This document shows, in pieces, positions 46,200 through 59,900 of a stretch of 64,000 nt of DNA (the first letter of the stretch is position 1; every line of letters starts with the position of its first letter). Under the pieces are notes generated by a model. The model worked only from the letters and a program-made list of their open reading frames with translations. It was not told where the DNA came from and ran no database searches. Source of the stretch: Macrostomum lignano. Taxonomy: Eukaryota. The stretch is taken from positions 170,755 through 234,754 of the forward strand of contig NIVC01000129.1 of NCBI GenBank assembly GCA_002269645.1. Reading direction: 5' to 3'. Both the position numbers and the translations under genes were made by a program.

Positions 46200-47625
46200 A
46201 GATAAACTACCCTAAGATTTGCCCATAAACTACCCGGAGAATCGCCACCAAACTACCCTGAGAATCGACAATAAAATACCCTAAGATTTGCCCATAAACT
46301 ACCCTGAGAATCGACAATAAAATACCCTGAGAATCGCCAATAAACTACCCTGAGAATCGCCACTAAACTACTGTGAGAATCGACACTAAACTACCCTGAG
46401 AATCCACAGTAAACTACCCTGAGAATCGACAATAAACTACTGTAAGAATCGACACTAAACTACCCTGAGAATCGAAAATAAACTACCCTGAGAATCCACA
46501 ATAAACTACCCTGAGAATCCACAATAAACTACCCTGAGAATCGTCAATAAACTACTGTAAGAAGCGACACTAAACTACCCTGAGAATCGACACTAAACTA
46601 CCCTGAGAATCGACACTAAACTACCCTGAGAATCGACAATAAACTACCCTGAGAATTGCCAATAAACTACACTGAGAATCGCCACTAAACTACCGTGAGA
46701 ATCGACACTAAACTACCCTAAGAATCCACAATAAACTACCCTGAGAATCCACAATAAACTACCCTGAGAATCGACAATAAACTACTGTAAGAATCGACAC
46801 TAAACCACCCTGAGAATCGCAAATAAACTACCCTGAGATTTGCCTATAAACTACCCTGAGAATTGCTAATAAGCTACCCTGAGAATTGCCAATAAACTAC
46901 CCTGAAACTACTCTGAAATTTGCCTATAAACTACCCTGAGAATTGCCAATAAGCTACCCTGAGAATCCAAATATAAACTACCCTGAGAATCGCAAATAAA
47001 CTACCCTGAGATTTGCCTATAAACTACCCTGAGAATTGCTAATAAGCTACCCTGAGAATTGCTAATAAGCTACCCTGATAATCGCAAATAAACTACCCTG
47101 AGATTTGCCTATAAACTACCCTGAGAATTGCTAATAAGCTACCCTGAGAATTGCCAATAAACTACCCTGAGAATCTCTAATAAACTACTCTGAAATTTGC
47201 CTATAAACTACCCTGAGAATTGACAATAAGCTACCCTGAGAATCGCTAATAAACTACCCTGAGAATCGCCAATAAACTATCGTGAGAATCGCCACTAAAA
47301 ACTACCGTGAGAATCGCCACTAAACTACCTTGAGAATCGGCAATAAACTACTCAGAGAATCGCCACTAAACTACCGTGAAAATCGCCAATAAAAACTACC
47401 GTGAGAATCGCCACTAAACTACCTTGAGAATCGCCAATAAACTACCATGAGAATCGCACTAAACTACTCAGAAAATCGCACCTAAACTACCCTGAGAATC
47501 GACAATGAACTACCCTGAGAATCGCCACTAAACTACTCATAGAATCGCCACTAAACTACCCTGAGAATCGACAATGAAATACCCAGAGAATCGCCACTAA
47601 ACTACCCTGAGAATCGCCAAAAACC
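46200..47625. repeat. Minisatellite, 23-bp unit aaactaccctgagaatcgccaat
   Basis: Direct inspection. Confidence 0.95.
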
Positions 47626-47989
47626 TTCAATAAAATCATATCGTTAAGGCAATCCGGTCCCTAGAGTGGCAATATATCCGACAATTTACATTCATACATG
47701 CATACACTCACTGGCTAGCATTGCAAAGTGAAACAGCTGTGCACAGGGTACCCCGAACTCTCACTGCAAGGCCAGCCAGTCGTTGCTTCAAGCTGTGCAA
47801 AGAAATTCAGCACGTGGAAATTTTATAAATTTCATCTGCATTGCTTCGAGTTATATTAAGTCAAACTGTAACTAATATCTTCGCAAGATCTGCTATAAAG
47901 AAAGTTTTTAAAAACCAACACGCGCTAAGTATTCAAATGTACTTTTAGAAACGCTTCGAATTAAGTAAGTGGCAACCTTGAGGGTTTAG

Positions 47990-48710
47990 GGAGAATGAAG
48001 TAGGATTGAGGGAAACTTATGATTAAAGGAGAGTGAAGAAGGATTAAGGGAGAATGAGGAAGGATTGAGGGAGGGCGAAGAAGGATTAAGAGAAACTTAG
48101 AAGGATTAAGGGAGGATGAAGAAGGATTAAGGGAGTGCAGAAGGATTAAGGGAGAGTAAAGAAGGATTAAGGGAGAGTGAAGAAGGATTAAGGGAGAGTG
48201 AAGAAGGATTAAGGGAGTGAAGAAGGATTAAGGGAGAGTGAAGAAGGATTAAGGGAGTGCAGAAGGATTAAGGGAGTGCAGAAGGATTAAGGGAGGAGGA
48301 AGAAGGATTAAGGGAGTGCAGAAGGATTAAGGGAGGATGAAGAAGGATTAAGGGAGTGCAGAAGGATTAAGGGAGAGTGAAGAAGGATTAAGGGAGTGCA
48401 GAAGGATTAAGGGAGGATGAAGAAGGATTAAGGGAGTGCAGAAGGATTAAGGGAGAGTGAAGAAGGATTAAGGGAGTGCAGAAGGATTAAGGGAGGATGA
48501 AGAAGCATTAAGGGAGTGCAGAAGGATTAAGGGAGGATGAAGAAGGATTAAGGGAGAGTGAAGAAGGATTAAGGGAGAGTGAAGAAGGATTAAGGGAGAG
48601 TGAAGAAGGTTTAAGGGAGAGTGAAGAAGGATTAAGGGAGAGTGAAGAAGGATTAAGGGAGTGCAGAAGGATTACGGGAGAGTGAAAAGGGATTAAGGGA
48701 GAATTAGAGA
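47990..48710. repeat. Minisatellite, 19-21 bp unit gaaggattaagggagagtgaa
   Basis: Direct inspection. Confidence 0.95.
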
Positions 48711-49349
48711 ATTCTTTAAAGAAAGATTAAAAGCGAACGAAAGATAAGAAGATAAGGATAAGGATAAAAATGATTAATACTTTAAAATAGAACCTTTTCA
48801 AAAGGCCCGAAAATGAAAATGCAACTTAAATACAGCATTGGAAGTTTCGAGAATCTATAGTATAAGTATAATAACACACAGAGCATTGAGTCAGCCAATA
48901 GCAACCCTAACTAAGCGATATAGCCAGGAAGAAATTAGAATAAAATTCTATAGTCTTGCTGAGTGAACTTGCAATTTAAGCGAAACATTAGAAGGGGGAA
49001 CCAGGGGGGGGGGGGCAGGGGGTGGTTGCCAGGCCGCAGCTGAATGAGAGTGATCAGCAGTATAGAATACAGCTGCACTGAAGCACGAGAGGCAGCAGGA
49101 CACCCAAGTCCGCCTACAATCATGAGCCGGGGGTTCAATGAGCTCACCGGAGCCAGAGTTGCTGCTGTTTTGTGCCTTGCCTTGGACTCACCGTGGAAGC
49201 ACCCGAGCTCATGTGCGACACTATCATATATTATTCTATATTTCTTCTAGTATGTAATTTTTCATTTAGATTAGGCTGCAACACTTGCGTCTTGGTCTCA
49301 TATCATTGCATCTTATCTCTCAAATCCCGCATGGAGTGGTCCGGTCTTG

Positions 49350-50960
49350 CTGTAACACATCTAATCTCAGTGAGTCTCACTCTAACACATCTAATCTCAG
49401 TGAGTCTCACTCTAACACATCTAATCTCAGTGAGTCTCACTCTAACACATCTAATCTCAGTGAGTCTCACTCTAACACATCTAATCTCAGTGAGTCTCAC
49501 TCTAACACATCTAATCTCAGTGAGTCTCACTCTAACACATCTAATCTCAGTGAGTCTCACTCTAACACATCTAATCTCAGTGAGTCTCACTCTAACACAT
49601 CTAATCTCAGTGAGTCTCACTCTAACACATCTAATCTCAGTGAGTCTCACTCTAACACATCTAATCTCAGTGAGTCTCACTCTAACACATCCAATCTCAG
49701 TGAGTCCCATTCACACACATCTAATCTCACAGTGAGTCTCAATCTAAAACATCTAAGCTCACAGTGAGTCTCATAATAACACATCTAATCTCACTGTGAG
49801 TCTCATTATAACATATCTAAGCTCAGTGAGTCTCACTCTAACACATCTAATCTCAGTGGGTCCCATTCATAACACATCAAATCTCAGTGAGTCTCACTCT
49901 AAAAAATCTAATCTCACTCAAACACATCTCATCTCAGTGAGTCTCACTCTAACACATCTAATCTCAGTGAGTCTTACTCTAACACATCTAATCTCACACT
50001 GAGTTTCACTCTAACACATCTAATCTCAGTGAGTCCTGTTATACACATCTAATCTCCCAGCGAGTCTCACTCTAACACATCTAATCTCACAGTGAGTCTC
50101 ATTATAACACATCTAGTCTCACAGTGAGTCTCATTATAACACATCTAATCTCACACAGAGTCTCACTCTAACAAATCTAATCTCACACTGAGTCTCACTC
50201 TAACACATCTAATCTCAGTGAGTCCCATTCATACACATCTAATCTCCCTGCGAGTCTCACTCTAATACATCTAATCTCACAGTGAGTCTCATTATAACAC
50301 ATCTAGTCTCACAGTGAGTCTCACTATAACACATCTAATCTCACAGTAAGTCTTACTCTAACACATCTAATCTCACACTGAGTATCACTCTAACACATCT
50401 AATCTCACACTGAGTCTCACTCTAACACAGCTAATCTCACAGTGAGTCTCACTCTAACACATCTAATCTCAGTGAGACCCATTCATACACATCTAATCTC
50501 ACAGTGAGTCTCACTCTAACAGAGCTAATCTTACAGTGAGTCTCATTCATACATATCTAATCTCACAGTGAGTCTCACTCGAACACATCTAATCTCACAG
50601 TAAGTCTTACTCTAACACATCTAATCTCACACTGAGTATCACTCTAACACATCTAATCTCACACTGAGTCTCACTCTAACACAGCTAATCTCACAGTGAG
50701 TCTCACTCTAACACATCTAATCTCAGTGAGACCCATTCATACACATCTAATCTCACAGTGAGTCTCACTCTAACAGAGCTAATCTTACAGTGAGTCTCAT
50801 TCATACACATCTAATCTCACAGTGAGTCTCTTTCTAACAGAGCTAATCTTACAGTGAGTCTCATTCATACATATCTAATCTCACAGTGAGTCTCACTCGA
50901 ACACATCCTAACTCACAGTGAGTCTCACTCTAACACATTTAATCTCCCTGAGTCTTACTC
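49350..50960. repeat. Minisatellite, 30-bp unit tctaacacatctaatctcagtgagtctcac (perfect copies to about 49690, then diverged)
   Basis: Direct inspection; each unit carries the interrupted palindrome gtgag-t-ctcac. Confidence 0.95.
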
Positions 50961-51774
50961 TAGCACAACTTATCTCAAAGTGGATGTCACTATAGCAAAT
51001 ATCATGTCCTGAAGCTAAATCAGGGCTCTAAATCTAAATTTAAAATCTCACATTCAGTCCTACTCGAACACATCTAGTCTTACAGTGGGCCTTTTTCTAA
51101 CACATCTTACATTTGGTCTCACTCTGGTTTCAGATTATCTCTATCTCAAAAAATCTCTATTATCTCTAATACACCATGAGGTCTAACTCACCACAAGACA
51201 CCCATTTAATCTCACAATTAGTAGCATAGAAAAACTAGAATAGACTTAGCTAGACAAATTCACGCTACTTATAACCCGAATTAGCTTTGGTAGATAAAAA
51301 CAAAACATAACTGTACTAAAAAAACAATTACAGAAATTTAAAGCAGTCTCACAGAGCCGAGTTCCTTCTCAAAGGCTAAAGTATATATTTTTAACAAAAT
51401 AGTAAAAAATTCTTTAGCCAATATCCGACGCATACTACTATTGTCAGTAGTTAAGAGATAGGAAAAAAGGCTTGTCCAGCAAATACAGAAAGACCTAAAA
51501 AGAAATAAAAGTTACAAAAAAGTGGTTAATTTTGACATCGACGACAAGACTACTTTGCTTAAAAATGAAACGGTAAACGACAAGATTGTACGGATGAATG
51601 ACAAAATCAAACCGACTCTCAGGAACTTGCTAAGGCTTTATGGGATTCAAACGGCAAAAAAAATATAGCACGCAGACTCGATTGCTGGTTGCAGAATTGT
51701 CAGCAGCAGCTAAGGCAGAAGAAGCGAAGTAAACTACGAGTAAATTAATAATATACGCTAGCTTTCAATGCGGG

Positions 51775-52890
51775 TGAGAGTGAGTGTACATTAGGGATAG
51801 AGATTATTGTGGGGTTGGGTGAAAGCAAATGTACATTAGGGGTAGAGATACTTAGGGTGTTGGATGAGAGCAAGTGTACATTAGGGGTAGAGATAATTGT
51901 GGGGTTAGGTGAAAGCAAAGGTACATTAGGGGTAGAGATACTTGGGGTGTTGGATGAGAGCAAGTGTACATTAGGGGTAAAGATAATTGTGGGGTTGGGT
52001 GAAAGCAAAGGTACATTAGGGGTAGAGATACTTGGGGTGTTGGATGAGAGCAAGTGTACATTAGGGGTAGAGATACTCGGGTGTTGGATGAGAGCGAGTG
52101 TACATTAGGGGTAAAGATGTTTTGGGGGTTGGATGAGAGCAAGTGTACATTAGGGGTAGAGATACTCAGGGTGTTGGATGAGAGCAAGTGTACATTAGGG
52201 GTAGAGATAATCGGTGTGTTGGATGAGAGCAAGTGTACATTAGGGATAGAGATAATTGTGGGGTTGGGTGAAAGCAAATGTACATTAGGGGTAGAGATAC
52301 TTGGGGGTGTTGGATGAGAGCAAGTGTACATTAGGGGTAGAGATACTTGGGGGTGTTGGATGAGAGCGAGTGTACATTAGGGGTAGAGATACTTGGGGTG
52401 TTGGATGAGAGCAAGTGTACATTAGGGGTAGAGATACTCGGGGTGTTGGATGAGAGCAAATGTACATTAGGGGTAGAGATACTTGGGGTGTTGGATGAGA
52501 GAGAGTGTACATTAGGGGTAGAGATACTTGGGGGTGTTGGATGAGAGCAAGTGTACATTAGGGGTAGAGATACTCGGGGTGTTGGATGAGAGCAAATGTA
52601 CCTGGTACATTAGGGGTAGAGATACTTGGGGGTGTTGGATGAGAGAGAGTGTACATTAGGGGTAGAGATACTTGGGGGTGTTGGATGAGAGCAAGTGTAC
52701 ATTAGGGGTAGAGATACTCGGGGTGTTAGATGAGAGCAAGTGTACATTAGGGGTAGAAATACTCGGGGTGTTGGATGAGAGCAAGTGTACATTAGGGGTA
52801 GAGATACTCGGGGTGTTGGATGAGAGCAAGTGTACATTAGGGGTAGAGATACTTAGGGGTGTTGGATGAGACAGAGTGTACATTAAGGAT
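51775..52890. repeat. Minisatellite, 45-46 bp unit gagcaagtgtacattaggggtagagatacttggggtgttggatga
   Basis: Direct inspection. Confidence 0.95.
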
Positions 52891-53619
52891 GGGGCAGAAG
52901 TGTCTGTGGACCTAGATGCAGAGCCTAGATTCAAGACTACTGGCTGATTTAGTGGATGCATAATTAGCGATGACTGAAAAGTCGTGGAATTTAGGTTCAA
53001 TGTACAAACGCTAGAGTATAAACATACTAATAAACATTAAAACAAACAATTGTTTCTCGTGTGCAATGAGTGCTAATTAGCATTAACATACTATATTTAT
53101 CACAAGAGACATACATAAAAATATCCGACAACCGAAAATCCAACGCTAAAACCAGCTACTTAAAGTAGAGAAACCAAAAAAACGCAAGCGAAATCGAAAA
53201 TAAACAACTGCAACTTCAACAGCAACTTTTCAAGTGACTCGTCGATAGTTCACAGTTTACAAAGATGTGAGTAACTCCACAAAGTTAGGAGATAAAAAGT
53301 GACATTTAAGACTAAAAGTACTACTATATAGTATACATATACACATAATCAACAGAAACAGTAGTACATGTCAGTCAAACGAAAGTGCTAAGTGCAATGA
53401 TTAATGCATAATTGATTAATATGTTTCTTAAATCTCGCGCATCCTTGACTTCATTCAATCAGTAAAATGACAGCTGGTTTTTACTTAACTAAAGCGGTGC
53501 TTCCCTAAAAGAGCCTCTCTGAAGTTTCAAGCGGGCGAAAGTAGCACTGTAGCAAGAGTTTTCAACAATATAAAGTTTCGAAATCGTTAAGTTTCGAGTT
53601 TTCGTAAACCGAGCCTATA

Positions 53620-53762
53620 TAATAATAATTATTATTAATTACACCTGCCCTAATGAGCAGATGTGCAACCGACAGCTCAACTGAAGGCGAGTGGATCGGG
53701 AATCGAACCCCCGACCTTCAAGTCGTGAGTCCGACGCTCCAACCACTAGGCAACAACCCCCC
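53620..53762 (-). mobile_element. tRNA-derived SINE
   Basis: Minus strand reads GCCTAGTGGTTGGAGCGTCGGACTCACGACTTGAAGGTCGGGGGTTCGATTCCCG: A box, B box GGTTCGATTCC, then a non-tRNA body and an (aat)n tail. The cloverleaf stems are imperfect. Confidence 0.7.
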
Positions 53763-53810
53763 CCCCTGAACCGAGCCCAGAAACCAGCAGCCCCCAATTC
53801 CAAGCAGGCA

Positions 53811-55163
53811 TCAAACGTGTCTAATGAGAAAGTACACAAGAGACAGGCCGAACGCGGCAGCAGATGTGTAAGCCACCACGGTGCTGGCGTCTGGCACTAG
53901 CCACTCCGACAAGCTGACTCTGGGCGGCGCTAAGCGCGCATTCTCTGCCAGGTAGCGCCGCAGACGCGCCGGTAATCGGCGCACCGGATGGCGTCGTTTC
54001 TGAGCTGGCGCCTCATCGAGCCAATCTGGCGCCAAATTCAAATAGGTCAAAAGGTCCACATCGGCTATGGTTGGCCGCGAGCCAAACAGGAAGCTGCCGC
54101 AGTCGGCAGAGCTCTGGCGCTCCTGATCGGTCAGTAGCAGGCGCGCCTCCGCCGCTGCCAGGGCGCGTGCCGCTTCGCGCGCCGGTGTGCGCGCTTCTAA
54201 GCGCGCCAAAACTGTGTGCAACTCCAATACCTGGGTGAGAGTGCAAGGGCGGACGGAATTGGTAGGTCGAATTCGCTGATATGTATCGATAACTACTTAA
54301 ATTAACCTGATAAACACCCAATCTGACAAACTTTCACCTGACAAATAACCAATCTGACACAAACTTTCACCTGACAAATAACCAATCTGACAAACTTTCA
54401 CCTGACAAATAACCAATCTGACAAAATTTCACCTGACAAATAACCAATCTGACACAAACTTTCACCTGACAAATAACCAATCTGACAAACTTTCACCTGA
54501 CAAATAACCAATCTGACACAAACTTTAACCTGACAAACACCCAATCTGACAAACTTTTACCTGCCAAATACCCAATCCGACAAAAATTTGGCTGACATCA
54601 CCAAATCTGACAAACTTTCACCTGACAAACACCAAATCTGCAAAACACCCATTTTGACAAGCCTTTACCTGACAAACACCAAATCTGACAGTTTCACCTG
54701 ACAAAGTTTCACCTGACCCGACAAACACCAAATCTGACAAACCTTCACCTGACAAACACCCAATCTGACAAAAATTTACCTGACATACATCGGATATGAC
54801 AAATCAAGCTGACAAACATCTGATTCATGGAATTCCCATCCAACAAGCTTTTAACTGACAAAACAGACAAACCTCTTCCGCAATATCCATGGGCAAAAGG
54901 CTTCGGCAGGATCGCCGGCCACTCCTACAGTCATAGCCGGCATTGTAAGCGCCTATGGCGATCTCCAGCAACCTATAGAACTGACTGGCGCTGTAGGCCG
55001 CCCGACCGGCAAGCAGGCAGCACTCCCGACTGCCGCCACCGCTGGGCAGCCGGTGCTCCCGGACAGGTAGAGCTGAGCACAGGCCAGACAGTTGAATGGC
55101 AAGAGAAACTCTCCGATAGAACAGACTCTGCTTTGATTGGTAATAAATTGTCACTTCTTCCAT
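53811..55163 (-). CDS. GST-fold protein with C-terminal transmembrane anchor (GDAP1/metaxin-like); two exons, 55163-54873 and 54230-53811
   Basis: N-terminal TIYYQSKQSLFYRRVSLAIQLSGL resembles GST-N; FLFGSRPTIADVDLL is the GST-C N-capping/staple motif; hydrophobic tail VVAYTSAAAFGLSLVYFLIRHV; phase-0 splice GAG|gtttgt ... cccag|GTA. Confidence 0.55.
54320..54830. repeat. Intronic minisatellite, about 31-33 bp unit acaaactttcacctgacaaataaccaatctg
   Basis: Direct inspection. Confidence 0.95.
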
Positions 55164-56309
55164 TTCTGTCTCGCAGAGTTCCTCTTCAAATAGAAATTCG
55201 TCAACTAATGTTGGCTCAAATTGAAACTGTTCATATAATTGTGCATTGTTGTTTCTACTGATGCTGCTGTTGTGGCTGCGGTTGCCAGGTGCAGGCCAAA
55301 GCTTGGCAACTAATGGCTGCCTGACAAACCAGTTAATGGGCTGCATGAAATGTAAACATATTGCCAGCATGCTTAAGTGTTAACATTGTGTTATGTACTT
55401 TTATTTTTTCATGCAATTAAATTTGATCTTGTTGTTAAGATCAAAACCTACATGTAATTCATTAAAAAATTATTCCTTTTCTTTGTTGGGGAAGCAAACA
55501 AAGAAGGAAGGGTTGAGGAAGGGGGGCACAGATTACTAGTTTAGTCACTAATAAAATTAAACATCTTTGTGATAGTTTAGCTATTCCTCTTTCAATAGCC
55601 AATGTGTCTATTGCAAAATATTTGATATAAAAGAAAAATTATTATCAATAATTTCTTGTTAACTTCCTTGCCATAGAATAGTCTACTAAATACTCGTACA
55701 TTTATAAATTTAGAAGATATGAGAAAAGAAGGAAGCTGAAAAAGATATAAACAATGAGGATTGCTATTGTGAAGTTTGAAAAGATCTGAGCCAAATATAG
55801 GCTTTGTGGGTTAGAGTTTATTAGCCCCTAGTTTAAGTCATTAGTTTGCTTCTAAACTTTTTTTAGAAATAAAAAGTCAGAACACTAGATTTTTGAAAAT
55901 ATTTTAATAAGCTCATTATGTATTTATCATTAGAGCTATAGTCAATTTTAATATATACTGCCAATATGGCACATGACAACCTCTGTTTTGCAGCCCAATT
56001 TGCAGCTTACAATGGCATTAATGCTTTCATAATGTTGGAATAATTTTGGTCTTTGCCTTCTAGTTCTGTTATACTGTCTATCTTAGCATTATTGAGCGCC
56101 AGCTACAGAGAGGGTGCCAGCTACAAAGGGGGGCGCCAGCTACAGAGAGGGACACCAGCTATAGAGGGGGCTTTGTTAGTCCTATCCCTAGTCTTTTTGG
56201 GTCTCTTTTAATTCTTCATATTCCCTGGCTTGGCCTCTCCTAAGACCAAGTCCTTATCAAAGTCTTTATTAGATCATAGTCTAGACTTGAATCATAGTCT
56301 AGTTTTAAC

Positions 56310-56980
56310 TTCTTGTTGGCACCTGGCTGAAAGCTAACGGCGTGACAAAACTAGAATCCCCTCCATACTATCCTCAAGCAAACGGAGCAGTGGAACGAGC
56401 AGTTCAAACTGTGAAGGCTGCACTGCGCTCCTGGACTGAGCGCATCACCTGTCTGCCGTTCATCCCTTTTTTGCAGAAGGTACTGATGCATCACCACAAC
56501 TCTGCCATGAGTCGAGGAAAAAGCCCGGCCGAGTTGGTTTTTGGACAAAAACTGCGGGTTCCCGTGGTTTCAGTGTTTGACCAAGGCGAGTCTGTGCTGT
56601 ACAAACCATCCAATGCAGTTAGGTAGCCCACGAAATTCCTGATGACCGCGGGACGCAATATGGCCTGGGTTTTGGCGAATGGCCGCCTACAGTTGGCTAG
56701 CACCAACCAAATTGCTCTATACCATGGTGCTGACATCGACGATGGTGAGGAGGAAGAGGGTGATGCTATACCGGCAACAACCCTAGATGACGATGGACAG
56801 CATCCAACATCTACGCTGAGACAAAGCTCACGCATTAGGCAGCAACCTAACAGATTTGCGCCATAAACTCGCTATGGCATGAACTAGCTAAGATTGAAAC
56901 TAGTTGGCATGCGTTTACTGTTTACTGACATATTTAAACTGTTTTGTTATGCTTGTCCGATGTTCCCATTTGGAGGGGGA
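56310..56980 (+). mobile_element. Gypsy-type LTR retrotransposon fragment (integrase C-terminal half)
   Basis: WLKANGV...SPPYYPQANGAVERAVQTVK...GKSPAELVFG, an in-frame TAG, then ...LRQSSRIRQQPNRF*; candidate polypurine tract ggaggggga at 56972-56980. Confidence 0.85.
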
Positions 56981-59900
56981 CATGAAGTGCATAGCAAATG
57001 CACTTAATAATTGTAGCCCATACTCGTACTTTGCAAGTTTCATCCCCTTTTTATTATGTGCTAACTGTAGTAGTCCCCATTCACTTATGTCTATGACCAC
57101 AACCTTAAAACCCTCGTATTGCCTCTCCCCCAAGCGCGTCTTCTCTCTAAGTTTTTCTTTGGCCCAAAGCTTTCGTAATTGCATGACAAATAAAAAGCAA
57201 TATCAACCATAAGAGATAATCTGCAACAAGACAAATATATCAGTTACCAGACACAACACTTCTATTACCCAAGAGTCAAGACTATCTAAATCTATTTTTG
57301 ATTGATCTACTTACAATAGACCCTAGAAAAATGAAGTTTAAAAATTAGACCTATATTTTAAATCTCAATTTTATTTCATCATTGCTTTTTTTAACTTAAA
57401 GAATATTAAGGTATATAAAATATTTTCTATTTTAATAGGATTATAATTATGTCTATCTTTTAAAGGTGCTGATTTTAAATTGCAGCTTTATTTTTATATT
57501 GCTTCAACCCAAATCCTTGTAGCTTAAAACCAACTACAGGAACATTAGATGCAGGATATTTGGGGCTTAAGCTTGTGAGATAGAAAAATTCTTTATATAG
57601 ATTGATAAAGGCATGATTCTCTATTGAAGTTTTGGTATTTTATATGATTATTGACCTCTAAGAATTACAAATATATAGGCTTAGCCATAAAAGTTAAATA
57701 TAGGCCTATTATTAGGACATAGGCAATATAACTATTTTAGAATAGGGAAATTATTTATAGGGATCATAAGCATAGTCCAAACTTCTAAGCATATAAAATA
57801 TAAGCAATATTTTTGCTTGATATATATTATATAGGGAAATAAGATAATACTTATACTATATACCGATTGGTAACAAGCCAATAAAGAGGTCTAATAGATA
57901 GACTAAAAAAATAAGATTAAGATTATATATGTAAGGAGTAGCATAGTGGGCTCCCTAAATTATATAGATAGTGTAGGCCCCCTATCTCTTTTATTACCTA
58001 GGACCTGTATTATACATAGGAATTTTTCCATAAAAGTAGCATCTTTATAAGTTATTATTGTTGTTTATAGTATATAGGTTGTACTTTTAGTACTTAATAT
58101 AGTAATTATCAGATATATAATATTGATTAATATTGTTAATGCAAATAGCTGTGGGTATCCCTTTCTAGAAAGTTCAATAAATATCCAATACAGTATTGTA
58201 CCGATATATTTATGGTTGTTAGTTCATATTGCAAATATGCTAATACTTTAAGTGCCCCCCAAACTGCTCAATTTTTTATCTTGTGTATTCTTTTTGTTAA
58301 AACAGATAAAATATAGGCCTACTTAATTAAAAGAAGCAAATTTCAACAATTGGGCTATAGACCTAGAGATTAGTACTATCCGTTAATTTTTAATCTATTC
58401 AGTATATTTTTATTTATCTTTTTTATGATGAGTATTGGTTTATCCATAAAGACCCTATGCTATATAGCTAAAAAAATTAACTAAAAATAAGACTAAAAAT
58501 AAGACTATAAAAGTAACCATAAATCAAATTATATAGTAAATTTTAGTAGAAAGCCAATAGATAGATAAAAAACTTATTATAATATAGCAACATTAACTCT
58601 AGCAAAAGTTTAAGGCCTAAGTATTTAAGTATTTTATGAAGAGTTATAGAACTATTATATTTGAATTTTTTCATGATTAGGCCTAAATAGGCATAGCCAT
58701 TAAGCAAATATTAAGCAAATTATAATAGATTATGGCCTAGGCCTAGGCCTAAATATACCTAGACTCAACTAACAAGTATACTACTGTATTGTACTGATAG
58801 TGATACTACCAGGTTACCAGGTACATGTTATAGTTAATAATAATTGCCTAACTGCCTAAGCTAATACTGTAAAATTTCATAAAATACAAAAGTAAACTGT
58901 GCCTTATACTATAGTAGGCCCCCTAGGCCTAAAATTAAAAAAACGTTGTTAGGATTAGGAAATAGATTTTAGGAAAAACTAGGCCTAGTAGGGGCCTATT
59001 GAAATTAAGGTCTATGTTATTAAAAAAACAAAAAAATGATTAATGGGCCTATAGATATCAAAGTATCTATATATATGGCGCAAATTTGTTCATCCAAATT
59101 GAGTCGGCATACAAACCAACGAGTGGCATCTTAATATACACCATACGGCATGCCAAGGAAGAAGGAAGGTTCACAGCAACAAGTTCTACTATAAAAAAAT
59201 AAAACTAAAATAGTAGTAGTAGTAGTAGACAGTAGTAGTAGTAGTAGTATAAGGCGTGCATAGAGGTAGTCATTTTGTTTTTGTCTCCATTTAGTTGATC
59301 AATGCCATACAAATCTACATGTACATTGGGTGCATAAGAAAAATGACAAGTATGGGCATTCACTTAATACATTATGTACTCGTACTTACTCGTCAGGGTT
59401 ACTTCTGATAAAATTGGCAGATGGCACTTAAATTACTTTGTCACTGGATGCAAAGAAGTACATCTGCAATAATTCACTTAGCTGGATGTACAGAGAGGAG
59501 AGAATAAACTTGTTCAGTTATTCGTTATTGCCTTCGATTGAATCTAGAATAACATGATTGACTTTTAGCTTCATTCCATGTATTTGTTAAGCTGGGACCG
59601 AAAAGCAAAATGAGGCACCGAAAAGCAAACTGGGGCACGGAAATGCCTGGCACCGAAAAGCGTGGGTACCCCTACGCCTACCTAAGTAAGTAAGTTGGGG
59701 TCCTAAGATCAAGATTAAAGAATCCCAATGCAAAGGCAAATTTGAGAATAAAGTATATAAAACCTAGCCTAACTTTTAGTAGCATACAAAAGTGGGTACA
59801 GAATACCAAAGCTATGGCCTAATTATATCTAGGCATATAGGGCCTACAATTAGGCCCCTAGGCCTAGTTTTTCACTTTAGAGTTCCACAAACTTGTATTC

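Noticed and set aside
49172-50002. CRISPR-like regular 30-bp array and repetitive ORFs
   Set aside because: Head-to-tail identical units with no unique spacers, no cas genes, and a eukaryotic context.
51745-53000. Multiple STPNVHLLS-type ORFs
   Set aside because: Translations of the 45-46 bp satellite.
53690-53762. Functional tRNA gene
   Set aside because: Anticodon and acceptor stems do not pair, and a SINE-like body and tail follow; treated as a SINE head.
59383-59465. Splice-site-bounded segment on the minus strand (ttgcag ... gtaagt)
   Set aside because: All three frames contain stop codons.
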